DNA of 63,914 nt, the filler included, from Octopus bimaculoides (Eukaryota), in the NCBI RefSeq assembly GCF_001194135.2. It is 7 parts of 6 records of this genome, joined end to end, with 100 filler letters (N's around TTAATTAATTAA, not from the genome) between each part and the next. Parts side by side here need not be neighbours in the genome. Positions count along the whole stretch, not along the records: positions 31,094 to 55,316 come from NC_069001.1; positions 55,417 to 61,883 come from NC_068987.1; positions 61,984 to 63,914 come from NC_068984.1; 4 more parts are not named here. The stretch is one strand, 5' to 3'. The notes under the pieces are model-generated. The model saw nothing but the letters and a program-made list of their open reading frames with translations, had not been told where the DNA came from and did not search any database. The position numbers were made by a program, and so were the translations under genes. How positions within the stretch are numbered: position 1 is the first letter of the stretch; each line of letters starts with the position of its first letter. Positions 49,852 through 62,336 of this stretch are shown here, piece after piece.

Positions 49852-50462
49852 NNNNNNNNNNNNNNNNNNNNNNNNNNNNNNNNNNNNNNNNNNNNNNNNN
49901 NNNNNNNNNNNNNNNNNNNNNNNNNNNNNNNNNNNNNNNNNNNNNNNNNNNNNNNNNNNNNNNNNNNNNNNNNNNNNNNNNNNNNNNNNNNNNNNNNNNN
50001 NNNNNNNNNNNNNNNNNNNNNNNNNNNNNNNNNNNNNNNNNNNNNNNNNNNNNNNNNNNNNNNNNNNNNNNNNNNNNNNNNNNNNNNNNNNNNNNNNNNN
50101 NNNNNNNNNNNNNNNNNNNNNNNNNNNNNNNNNNNNNNNNNNNNNNNNNNNNNNNNNNNNNNNNNNNNNNNNNNNNNNNNNNNNNNNNNNNNNNNNNNNN
50201 NNNNNNNNNNNNNNNNNNNNNNNNNNNNNNNNNNNNNNNNNNNNNNNNNNNNNNNNNNNNNNNNNNNNNNNNNNNNNNNNNNNNNNNNNNNNNNNNNNNN
50301 NNNNNNNNNNNNNNNNNNNNNNNNNNNNNNNNNNNNNNNNNNNNNNNNNNNNNNNNNNNNNNNNNNNNNNNNNNNNNNNNNNNNNNNNNNNNNNNNNNNN
50401 NNNNNNNNNNNNNNNNNNNNNNNNNNNNNNNNNNNNNNNNNNNNNNNNNNNNNNNNNNNNNN

Positions 50463-50755
50463 ACCCTAACCCTAGGGTTAGGGTTAGGGTTAGAGTTAGG
50501 GTTAGGGTTAGGGTTAATTGTTTCAGAATCGTTTGTTTATGTAGTCGGCACTTAATGTATATCGGCTGAATGGACGTCAGTGATTGGTTGAAATTACAGA
50601 AATACGACAACTTTAACATGGAATAATTTATGGATTTCTTTTTTTTTTAAGAAGACTAAAAGAAAAAGATGTTTTATATGACACATTCTACCAGTGTTCC
50701 AAGTTTCAAAGTGTTTCGTTAATGAAAAATGTGGCCCCCGTTTTAAAAAAGATCC
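50463..50755. mobile_element. Right arm of a foldback element related to 32390-33484, starting with a telomeric palindrome and a (TTAGGG)n array
   Basis: ACCCTAACCCT|AGGGTTAGGGT perfect palindrome (50463-50484); about 7 TTAGGG units to 50516; the terminal ~190 bp resembles the TIR at 33290-33484 and ends AAAAGATCC. Confidence 0.75.
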
Positions 50756-50942
50756 ATATATATATATATATATTATGGTAATTTTGATTTTATGATTCCC
50801 TCATACCGTGAGGCCTTTATGTGTTGTAATGCCCTTAATATAAATAAATATATTTAAAGGGAATAATTATAATTTTTCCCTTATGAGGTTTTTCACGCCA
50901 ACTACTTGATAAAGTCTTATAAAGATTTTATCCTATTTTAAA

Positions 50943-50987
<45 letters not shown>

Positions 50988-51419
50988 CGTTTATGCTACT
51001 AGTACTGTGTAACCCAGTACTACCTGTCACATGGTCGGGTTGTCTGTGACTAAACCGGCTCCCCCACCAATTCCACTTTGTGAGGAGAGTGTGTATTGGA
51101 CACCTTGCAAGACTAAAAACAAGACCTGTAAAAAGACCTGTAAGAGTCAACAGCTATCCAATTATTATATGTACATATGTATATAGTTGGCTGAATTGTG
51201 GATGTGTGTGCCAGGTGCATGTTTGGTGTGGTGAACTGTGGGTGTATGTTGGGCATGTGTATGTGTATATATATTTGTTTACATTTTTAATTCTTGATTA
51301 TATGTATGTATATTGCGTGTACGTGTTTTTTTCTTCATCTTTCAAGGAACTGATATTTTATATATATATATTTGTATTTTTACTTCTTTTATTTTATTTG
51401 ATTTGTGTGTATTTGTGGA

Positions 51420-53010
51420 TGTAGTTAAAGGGGTAGATGGAACTCCTAGGTTTAATAAAGCCGTGGGGAAGGCAATCTGTCTTGGAGAAGGTAACTCTGA
51501 ATTCAAAACCTTCACTACTGTCTTGCAGTTAGCCTTTGGTTGAGCAGAGACTGGGAGAAGGACACTCTGATATAAAACCACTGGAGAGGTTAAACTCTGG
51601 GATAATAAAACATGTGACCTTCATAATCACCCAGTCATCTTGCTTTGGTTTGTCACTGGATATCAGATTTTGGGGGAGGAGTCGGTGCTATACGTGTCGT
51701 ACAAGCGTGTGGCATTGATCTTTAAATGAGCAGATATCTCTTCAAGTCCCACGGTGATGGAATAGTGGCGACATGTGCAGAGTTAACGGGCTGGGAGCCC
51801 ATATTCACAAATCTGCATGTGGGTGGCTCAGGGCCCATTTAATGTCGCTGCATTGTTGAAAGAACAACAGCATGTCTCGGTGAGGTCGAGAACGTCTGAG
51901 CAGCCCTCTTTAGGGTAACACTGCTCATCCAGAAATCTGAGAAAGGTCCAGAAAAGGTGACCCAAACAAATGCCTGTTCTACCATTAAGCCGGTTAGCAA
52001 CCTGCAGTTGATGGCTGTTCACTACAACAGGAGGAATACAAAGAGAAAACATGCAAGCAAGAAATATAGATTATGGGTAGGTGTATGGAATGTCAGGACA
52101 CTTCTTGATCGTGAAGGGTCAAGTAACCCTGAATGACGAACTGGCATAATAGCCAAGGAGTTGGCTCAGTATAACATTGACATTGCTGCACTCTCTGAAA
52201 CTCAGTTGAGTGATGAAGATCAATTGACAGAAACAGGTGCTGGATACACTTTCTTTTGGAAGAATAAACCAAAGGGTGAAAAACAAGTAGGGGGGTGTTA
52301 GCTTTGCCATTCGTACTGAGTTAACCCACAAAATAGAACAACCTAATGGTTTCAGTGATAGGATTATGTATCTTCAAGTTCCTCTATCATGCAATCGTTT
52401 TATGACTGTTATTTCTGTTTATGCTCCTACTCTTGACAGCAGCGGTGAATCTATTATGGCTTTCTATGAGGATCTCAGATCGGTTATGATTTTGATTCCA
52501 AATGCAGATAAGATTCTCCTTTTTGGCGATTTCAACACCTGTGTTGGATGTGATTATGAGATCTGGGATGCACTAGGGAGACATGGTTTGGGCAAAATGA
52601 ACGCTAAAGGTCTCCATCTTCTTCAGCTCTACACTGAACTTGATCTCATCATCTGCAACACTGTTTTTCATCAGAAGGATAACCATAAAGCTACCTGGAT
52701 GCATCCATGATCCAAACATGGGCATATTCTTGATTACCTTATCACCAGGAAACAAGACCTTCCAGATGTTTGCACTGTCCGAGTCATGCGAGGTGCAGAA
52801 TGTGAGACTGACCATATGCTCATACACAGTAAATTGAAACTCCGCATTATGCATAGAATAAGATCTGGAGGAATAAAAATCCCTAAATGCACTGATGTAT
52901 TGAAATTAAGGGACTCTAAGGTGCAGGCGAATTTTAGAAATGCTATTGGAGAAGCGGAATTTGATGGAACTTGGGATCAGTTTAAGACCACTATTTACAA
53001 TGTTGGAGTT
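51420..53010 (+). pseudogene. RTE (BovB-like) LINE 5' UTR and APE endonuclease
   Basis: IIAKELAQYNIDIAALSET, ISVYAPTL, LFGDFN, TWMHP, CETDHMLI. Confidence 0.9.
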
Positions 53011-53014
53011 GAGG

Positions 53015-53590
53015 CAACACAAAGAACGACCCTTCATCAGTTGTCAGCTGTTTATCTACTCCAGATAAGGCTAGCTATTCTTGTTGCAAAAACCTCGCCT
53101 CTTTTATTAATCAGCATAACACAAAAATTATTATAAACAACCACAGTGTCAAATCTAATCTGAGGAACTGCAATTTCAAAGATAAGACTTGCTGTCCATT
53201 AGAAGGTAAATGTCTTGAAAAAAAAAATTGTTTACAGAGCTAAAGTGCAAGTAGATGGCTCACAAGAATATAAAACTTACACAGTGGCTTCAGAAAATTC
53301 ATTCAAGACTCGGCTTTATTCCCACCGAAATTCTTTTCGATACCCCAAGAACAGAACAGCAATTCTTGCAAAACATGTGGCAACTGAAGAAGAATGACAC
53401 CCATCCTTTAATATCAGCTGGACAATTTTGGAAAAAGCACCATTATACAAGCCTGGAGCTTATAGAAGACTTATGAAATGTAATCTTTGCTTCGCAGAAG
53501 AGTTCTTCATCCTGTTCCAGGAGAAACATGCATTGAAGTAGAGACGCAAGCTCTTAAATTCCTGCAGGCATGCTGCGAGATTTAAAATGT
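53015..53590 (+). pseudogene. Penelope-like element C-terminal GIY-YIG endonuclease remnant
   Basis: SYSCCKNLASFINQHNTKII; CPLEGKCLEKKIVYRAKV...Y...SENSFKTRLYSHRNSF...LAKHVWQLK...ISWTILEKAPLY...CNLCFAEEFFIL (frameshifted). Confidence 0.85.
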
Positions 53591-54053
53591 CAACCAAAAA
53601 AATACCATATGGGTAAAACTTTTTGACTTTCAGAAAATCTTGACTTTCGCATTTGAATTTAGCTTTACACCTTACATATAGGTATTTTTGTATTACAATG
53701 CTAGTACATCTTTTGACTTCACATTTTATATTTTAGATTCAACTTTTAAGAAAACCTTCAACTCTTTTAAGTTTTGCCAAGGTTTATTTTTCACTCTTTT
53801 TTATAAATCCAAATTTTATATTTTAAATTTATATATTTATTTTATATTACATTTGATTATGTTATATTAATTTATTTTACGATTTCCTTATTTTAATATT
53901 CTATTCTATATATCAGACAGTTTTTTACATGTTTATAAACGTACAAATGTTATGGTGCATATATTTATCTTGATGTGAAGATATGTCTATATATTTATAT
54001 ATGTGTATGTATGTATGTATGTATGTATGTATGTATGTATGCATGTATGTATG

Positions 54054-54149
<96 letters not shown>

Positions 54150-54359
54150 CATATATATTTATTTGTATATTTGTATGCATGTCTATATGTGTGTGTATTT
54201 GTATGTTTGTATTTATGTAGATATGCATGTTGTTTTATATATGTGCGTTTGCAAGCTGAATAAAGTATCTATCATTTGTTTGAAACTTTTTAGGAACACC
54301 AACTTCCAAGTCATCTTAATCTTTACCTCTCTATTTTTTCTCTTTCTCTTTGTAATTTG

Positions 54360-55295
54360 TTTCTTTTTCTTCTTTTCCTTTTTTTCTTTCTCCCACTACT
54401 TGTTATTCTCTGATTTTCTTTCTCTCGCCTGTAACAACTAAATTGTATAAGCATACACCAGAAGGTATTATGCGCATGCGTATGTGTAAGTGGATACATA
54501 TATATATGCATTTATATATATTCATCTATTGCTTATATTTGTCTGTATATATATGTACCCATATACCAATGCCTGTATGTTTAGTATATATGTGTATATA
54601 TAGGTTGTTTGGTATATGTATGTATTGCTAAATGCATATGCATTTTAAGATGTTAGTTCTTTGTGAAAGTTTTTTTTAAACAGATATATCTTTTAATTTA
54701 TTTAAATTTATTATTATTAAACTCTAATTATTTGCCCTGGGTATTCAGGTCTTTTTCCTCCTACATAAGCTATTTTTGATTCAAGATTTTCTTCAATTTT
54801 TATAATAGTATGATTTTAAACTGCAATTGTAATTTCATGCAACCAGTTATTGAAAGGACCATTAGTTGAAAGGATCAATGAAACAAAACCATTTTCAAAT
54901 GCGTAGCTATCAAAGTAATCGGATATGTATGCATATAACCCTATTTTGTTCCATTCTAAACAAAACTGTCCAACAAACGGGAACGTGAAACTCTGAGTTT
55001 TTGTAATATTTTTACTGCTTTTTTAATAAAGTATATATATATGAAGTATCCAAACATTGTTGGTTACTTTTGAACATCATATGTAGCACTCTCTCCCTCT
55101 ATCTATTTTTTCCCTTTCTGTCGCTAGTTCTCTGTTTTCTTTCTTTTCTTTTCTTTTTCTTCTTCTCCACTGTTTTCTTCCTTCTCCCCATACTTAATAT
55201 TTTCTGATTTTTCCTTCTCTTTCTTTCACCTGTAACAACTAACTTGTATAAGCATATGCCAGGAGATTTTATGCACATGTATGTGTGCGTATATA
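54360..55295 (+). repeat. Pair of diverged ~130-bp direct repeats (54360-54490 and 55150-55295)
   Basis: Shared cctgtaacaactaa.ttgtataagcata..ccag.ag.t.ttatgc.catg. Confidence 0.7.
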
Positions 55296-55511
55296 TATAT
55301 ATATATATATATATATNNNNNNNNNNNNNNNNNNNNNNNNNNNNNNNNNNNNNNNNNNNNTTAATTAATTAANNNNNNNNNNNNNNNNNNNNNNNNNNNN
55401 NNNNNNNNNNNNNNNNATTTATGTATATAAGAAATTAAGAAAAGAAAATACACGCACCTTAATATAATTTTGATATAATTTTTAATATATTGTTTTAATG
55501 TAATTTTTAAT

Positions 55512-55546
55512 ATATCGACCGGTTTCGCTTTCGCTATTCATGATAT
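55512..55546 (-). ncRNA. Minimal hammerhead motif with an A3-U8 core variant, downstream of the Penelope-like ORF
   Basis: Minus strand ATATC-ATGAATA-GC GAAA GC-GAAAC CG GTC|GATAT. 5-bp helix I, GNRA-capped helix II, ACCGGT palindrome, GUC triplet. Confidence 0.7.
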
Positions 55547-55812
55547 TACGTGTGACTTATTTGAACATGTATTATCTTAATAAATTTTTGTCCATGTTGT
55601 GTGTGATGATACTTACGAGTGAATGACTTCACAAGTAAAAAAAATAAGTGGTGGTAATTGTTTATTGTTATTGTAATTGTTGTGGTCAAGAGAGGTAACT
55701 GTTCAGCTTTCGGTAAGGGGAGGGGAATATATATATATATACACACAAAAAAGGTTTCGAAAAGCTTGTTTACTGAGGGGGTTTATCTACAGTGATGTAA
55801 TCGTGAATTGAA

Positions 55813-56545
55813 TTATGTAGAAAGATAAAAGTTGGTGATGCGTGCATTAAGACGTGTTCTGTATTTTTCAATGAAAAAAAGTTTCTTTATTTAAACGTTC
55901 TTGTGGACAAATTGTGTCTTTGCACTGGTAGAAGGGGAAGACTGTAAAAGTTGGTTTGATGTTATCTGCACATTTTTCTATATATTCACTGAGAGGAGTT
56001 TGCCTGTATTGCGGGAAAATGGTTTGCTCTTTATGTATAGTAGTTCTCCGTCTCTAGGTCAAACGCGTCTGTCCAGTATAGTTGTGTCCACAACCCGAGA
56101 AGGTTATTACATAAATTAGGTTCTCAGAGGCACAAGTGAAACTAGTTTTAATTGTAAACCTCTGTCATTGTTTGAAAAGGAAATCCGAGCCTTCAAGTAA
56201 GTTGGGGCAGGTTCCACAGTTTGGGCATCGACATGTTTTAACCGTTGGTTTCATGGTTGCTTTGTAAAGCTTCGAATTTGTTAGTAGTCTCTTTAGCGAT
56301 ATGTGTTGCTTTCTGCATTTGATAAGTTTGTGTGTTTTCAGGACGTCGTTCGTTTTTGGATCTCTAGTTAGTAAAGGGAGATTTTTCACAATAGTGTTGA
56401 AAGCTTCCTGTTTCTGGGGTTGTGTGTTGATATGAATAGTAGTGTTTTGAGATGAGTTGTGGTGTTATGTTTTGTTGTTCTTAGTGATTTTATGTCTAAT
56501 TTTTTGGCACGTTTAATCCCCTCGTCTATAAGTGAGCGTGGATAT
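55813..56545 (-). pseudogene. Penelope-like element remnant (post-RT linker, Cys motif, GIY-YIG)
   Basis: YPRSLIDEGIKRAK; STHNP; CRCPNCGTC; FTCASENLIYVI...GHNYTGQT...R...HKEQ...RLNKETFFI. Confidence 0.85.
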
Positions 56546-56607
56546 TTAATTTCTTATACATATTACAACTCACCAAGTGAGGATAATCGAAATTCCTCCT
56601 TTTCTGT

Positions 56608-56639
<32 letters not shown>

Positions 56640-57601
56640 TATATATATANNNNNNNNNNNNNNNNNNNNNNNNNNNNNNNNNNNNNNNNNNNNNNNNNNN
56701 NNNNNNNNNNNNNNNNNNNNNNNNNNNNNNNNNNNNNNNNNNNNNNNNNNNNNNNNNNNNNNNNNNNNNNNNNNNNNNNNNNNNNNNNNNNNNNNNNNNN
56801 NNNNNNNNNNNNNNNNNNNNNNNNNNNNNNNNNNNNNNNNNNNNNNNNNNNNNNNNNNNNNNNNNNNNNNNNNNNNNNNNNNNNNNNNNNNNNNNNNNNN
56901 NNNNNNNNNNNNNNNNNNNNNNNNATGAAGGAAACATTCTATATGTGGCTTGTATGTCTTTCTGTGTTCATTCTATTCGTAAAAAAAGTTTGTTTATGTT
57001 CCCGTTCCTTTTTTGTCCACATTTGTTGACGTCCTGTACCCTGATATGCATCTATATATACATGTAGATGTAGGTATGTACATATATATGTATATATGCA
57101 TATGCTCACATATCGTTTGTATTATATATATGACACAAAAATTCACCACGCCTTGATTAAGTGGGGGTGAAAGTTGCTCACAGAGCTACTGGACGCAGTT
57201 AAAAGGATAAATTCAGATTCAATATACACGTTTCATAACGAGTGTTCTGAATGTCGTATGACATTTAGTGGACTCAAGCTTAATTTTGATATTTCTGCGC
57301 AGCTATAATATAGCCTCCTCAAACAATTAATCGGTACGTCAACTAACAGTATTCTCATCCACACATTCTATAAAACACTTAAAATAACAGCTAGAAACAA
57401 TATATTTTGAACCACAGCTCATCCTTATAACGTAGACTTTTGAAAATAATAAACCTGAAACTAATTCTTTATGTAAGTACGTATGTATGCATGTATACAC
57501 ACACAGATATATAAAAAATTTCAATGAATCTTCATATAATCTGTGTACGATTTCTCCATCATTTATTTCTTTTGCACTATTAAATTTTTGGATTAGTAAT
57601 G

Positions 57602-57664
<63 letters not shown>

Positions 57665-60600
57665 AACACATCAAATCGTATGTTATTCTTATTTTCAGTG
57701 TGCAATGCTAAAATATGCATTGTTCTAGTTCACCTTATAATGAAATACATTACTTTTCATGCTAATTATGAATTTTTATAATTATCTTTGACATAACTCC
57801 CTACACCATTAATAACTACTGAATATATTAGAAAATTCACTATCAAAATTGGAATGAAATTTATAATAGTACAATTAGCGCTGAGACGTGATAATAAATA
57901 CACGTGATTACCATGAAAGAATTCTGATCCTACACATTTAAATGAAGTGTGACAATATTTAATATAAATAACAAGTTCTTGCAAGGAATCCCAACAATAT
58001 AATATTACTTGCAATTGAAGGAAATGTTACTTCATTGAATTTCTTAGAAATGTGTTGAAATATATTTTGCTTATTTCATGTTATATTATTGTAAATTCTG
58101 TTCTGGAGCCTAACTCATGATTTTGTTTCGTTTGCTCCCACGAATATGTCTTTCATTTCTTTCAAAGGAATTATTTCTTTCAATAATTTCCATCTTGTGA
58201 CAAGAAACTACATTAGATATAGTTTTTGTTTGTTTTAATCCAACCATTCATTTTCGAAAATCTATTAATCTACATATTTCCATTAACATTCCTGATATGT
58301 TCTGTATATATTTCATTACTCAGCTGAACTACACATAATACAGTAATTTGTGGCAACTTTTATTATTGTAGTTATAAAATGGACATTAGTTTTAATGCTT
58401 ATAAAATATTAGACTAATATTAAAACAAAAATTTCCTTGTAAGTTAATGTTTGCTGAATTTGTTTTACAGAAGAAAAGGTTTATACTGAAGAATATGTAC
58501 CTATTCAATTTGAGTATATCTTTTCAATTTTATTGCACACATTTCATCAACGATATTTATCCACAGAAGTATCTTATTGTTGGTTGGAAGTTCACCAAAT
58601 ATAATAAAATATGATATAACATAATGTATGACATAATGTATAAAGAACGGACCATTTTCTAAAATTTAGATCACCGAATTTTATTCATGATCTATTTCTT
58701 TTGGCTAATAGATAATGCTGCATTAATCACAAGTAATTCACATTGAGGACAAAAGGAAATCGAAACATTCAATGTGAATAGCAATCCAGTGCATTTATAC
58801 AATAAGCACAAAAAAGATTAATATTGCAGCCAATGATTTGAGCAACGAGTAACTGTAATTAGGTTAATGTATCTTGCATGATTTTCAACTAAAATATATA
58901 GTTTTGATTTTACTATAGAAGTAATGGACTTTTTTTACAGTGAATACCTTAGTGTTCGGTCATATTGCTTTTCTGTTAACTAACATTTCCCGTATTACTG
59001 TAATATTTGATTTTATTTAAACTTTAAAAGTGATTTAAACCGATAAAATTAATAATGTATGAATCACTTATTCAAGAGTCTCTTTATGCGTCGATAATTA
59101 AATCATTCTGGGTAAACATATTTACTTTTAATTTCCGCACGCAAAACACACTCTAGAGTTCATACTACGTTGTACTTGATCACGTGAAATTAAATAGGTT
59201 ATAGAATTACGTGAACACGCATACAAGATATGGCTTTCTTACTTTCCAGCTTTAAATAATGAAGCTTAAGTCTATGAGCTGTGCATTTGCAGAGTAAATT
59301 GTTATCCAAAATAAGTTTCTGAAATATTTGTACCAAAGAACAAGTACAATTTAAATTATGGATGAAGATAGTTCCCTTTCAGAAGTACTTAGGACTCATT
59401 CAATACTTAAATAAATCATTACTTGATTGTGATATATAAATTTGTCTCAACTAATTAGGGAGGGATGGTAGCGCCACGAATTTTTCTGTATTAATATCCA
59501 AGAATAGATACAAGTACTCTGATAGTTCTCACTAAATCAGAACTCAGTATTTGTTAACAGACCTCACATATTTGTTACTGAGTGAACATCACTAGATATC
59601 TCTCGGGACCAAGAGATAATGTTAAACCGAGTGAAGGATGAAGGATCTCATTAGTTGCCATACACATTGCAAAACATTTGGAACGACGTTCAAGGATATA
59701 GATATATATTTCGTATGATGGTTTTGAGACACATTTACATAGTTAAGAACCTACGAATCATTGTGAATATCACATATTTTTAACCTTTCTTTAATAGATT
59801 GTGGGTTGTGCGTTTGGTGTTTGAGTGAATTTTTGTTTTATAATGGCTTGCTCAGAGAAAGACATGTCTTATCCATCATGTGTGCTCACAACCAGCCACA
59901 TTTCTAGACGATCTTTTTCTTCTACTACAAACAGATAACATCAGTGAGTGATATAGTATGCGATGGTAGATAAGGAAAACATCCCATACCAAGCAATATA
60001 TTTTGTCACATAAGCGGAAACTACTATCTAAGCAATGAATTTTCGTATAAAAGAAAGCATACTTTACGCTACAGAGTAACTTGTAATCTGGCAATTTTTA
60101 TTGAAATAATGATATCTATGGGAAACCCTAGACTGTCGATACACTAGCATTGGTAATTGATAAGGAAACGTTATAAACGATGGAAAATTGTCTTAAATAT
60201 ATTCAATATAAATAGGTTTTAACATTAATATATTCTGGCTATTGCAATAAAGCAAAGTGTATATCTCCAGCAAGAAAGCCAAATGGCTTTTGATTCGCAG
60301 TTTGAAGTCATTTCACTTCAGTAACACTAATTTCTCATCTCCTGCTTCAGTAAAATATAGGGCTTATGTGACTTGTCGAAACCAGTCTGGCGCAATGACA
60401 ACAGAAACAAAAGATATGTTAAAATTGTTCATCGGGGAACAAATATGATATATACAGCTGCAAACATTTATTAAATGCAAATAATGTAACATATACAATA
60501 CAAGTAAACATACTGAAACGTATTAAAGATGCAGTAACAATGTTTATGTCTTTTCAGGATGAAAGAAAACATAAAAGTAAAGACAAATAATGTTTCAAAT

Positions 60601-61844
60601 TTGAATAATAACAATATTTTGAGTTTCAGAAAACGTGAAATAAGTGTAAGAATTGAGAATTCGTAATCGGTGTATAAAATGATGGAATGAAAAAAGTGAT
60701 AAGGGATTTTTGCTCGGCAAGTCACTGATTATGCCATGAATCCGCTATATTTATTATCCTATGTAAGTATATTTGTATACACAAGTATCACTAGTTCTTC
60801 CAGTCACTGCTCAATCAATATTTTTTTAAATATTTTCCTTTGCTTTATAAAACTATTGAATTCAATGGGCGTATAAATGTGAGTTATGTATCACAGCTCC
60901 ATTAATAAAAAAAAAAATTTTCGTGTCTAATATAGCGTATTTCATTGTTCAGAGTCGTTTGAACATATCATGATCTCCATAACATACAATGAAAGATGAA
61001 ATGATTATTTGAAAATTAATGAAGCAATATTTACCTCTGAATTTTGTTTTCTTATCCATAGTACATAGGTTCGTCTGTGAAATAAAATGAAACAATTATA
61101 TCAAAACGTCATAAGAGAAATGTACTAGACAAATTTCAAGAACAAATTATGAATGTTAAATATAATCACATTATATAAGTGTGATAATTCATGGTCGACA
61201 TCAAGGGATATTTACGTAGATTTTGGAGTGAAATTTTCCAAGAAATAGAAGAATGAAGTAATAAGTTTGCTATTCATATAATACATGATATATTTTGGGA
61301 TATTACAAGGAATTATTGCTAAAAAAAGTTTGTGGAATTAGGAATAGTACTAATAGATTTCTGTAATGTAAGCTCGACTAAATACCCACTCATATTCACG
61401 GCTGGTTTATATAGTATCATATATTCCATTCACCGAAAACTGAGACATGCACGCTTACAGCAAAGCGTATTTCTTTTCAACTCGCACTAATATATATCCG
61501 TGCATAGGGAGTCTAAAACGAAATATTTCTAATAAATATTCATGATATCAAAATGATAGCCTGCAAGAGCAAGCAATTAAAATATGGAAATAACAAGTAA
61601 AAAGTTCGTTAGAGCCATGTATGAGATAAAATCTTACGTAAAACAAAACTACAAATTAAAGTTAAAAGAAAAGTTAAAAGTTCAAATTAGAATTCTAACT
61701 TCAACTTCTAACATCACTTATCCATTTTGAAAGTTGTTAGTAGTGTTTTACATAAGATTTTATATTATACATGTCTATAACGAACTCATTACATATTTAT
61801 ATTTCTACATATATGTATACACACACACCCACACACCCACTCAC

Positions 61845-61883
<39 letters not shown>

Positions 61884-62122
61884 NNNNNNNNNNNNNNNNN
61901 NNNNNNNNNNNNNNNNNNNNNNNNNNNTTAATTAATTAANNNNNNNNNNNNNNNNNNNNNNNNNNNNNNNNNNNNNNNNNNNNTTGTATCTGTAATTCGG
62001 TTTCGATTCTCGACTGAAATTATTTCACTCCATTTATACCAGCAGCCCTTTTAGCAAATGTGTGCATGTTACAATATTCTGCTTTTTTTATTTTTTATTT
62101 AAAAAAAAAATTTTTTTTTTAA

Positions 62123-62336
62123 GGCGGTAAGCTGGCAGAAACGTTAGCACGCCGGGCTAAATGCTTAGCGGTATTTTGTCTGTCTTTACGTTCTGAGTTC
62201 AAATTCCGCCGAGGTCGACTTTGCCTTTCATCCTTTCGAGGTCGATAAATTAAGTACCAGTTGTGTACTGGAGTCGATTTAATCGACTGACCCCTCCCCT
62301 TAAAATTTCGGGCCTTGTGCCTAGAATAGAAAAGAA
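62123..62336 (+). mobile_element. Young full-length SINE family A copy
   Basis: ggcggtaagctggcagaaacgttagcacgccggg...gagttcaaattccgccgaggtcgactttgcctttcatcctttcgaggtcgataaattaagtaccag. Confidence 0.9.

Noticed and set aside
51424-51960. Possible HDV-like ribozyme in the RTE 5' UTR (known for some RTE elements)
   Set aside because: I could not build the nested double pseudoknot by eye; it needs a motif search on the family consensus.
53975-54263. YIYI/CVCV/THTH ORFs here and throughout the window
   Set aside because: Translations of (TA)n, (TG)n and (CA)n microsatellites.
58471-58615. Good + strand acceptor (ctgaatttgttttacag) followed by two open frames
   Set aside because: No donor, no compatible upstream exon and no recognisable protein.
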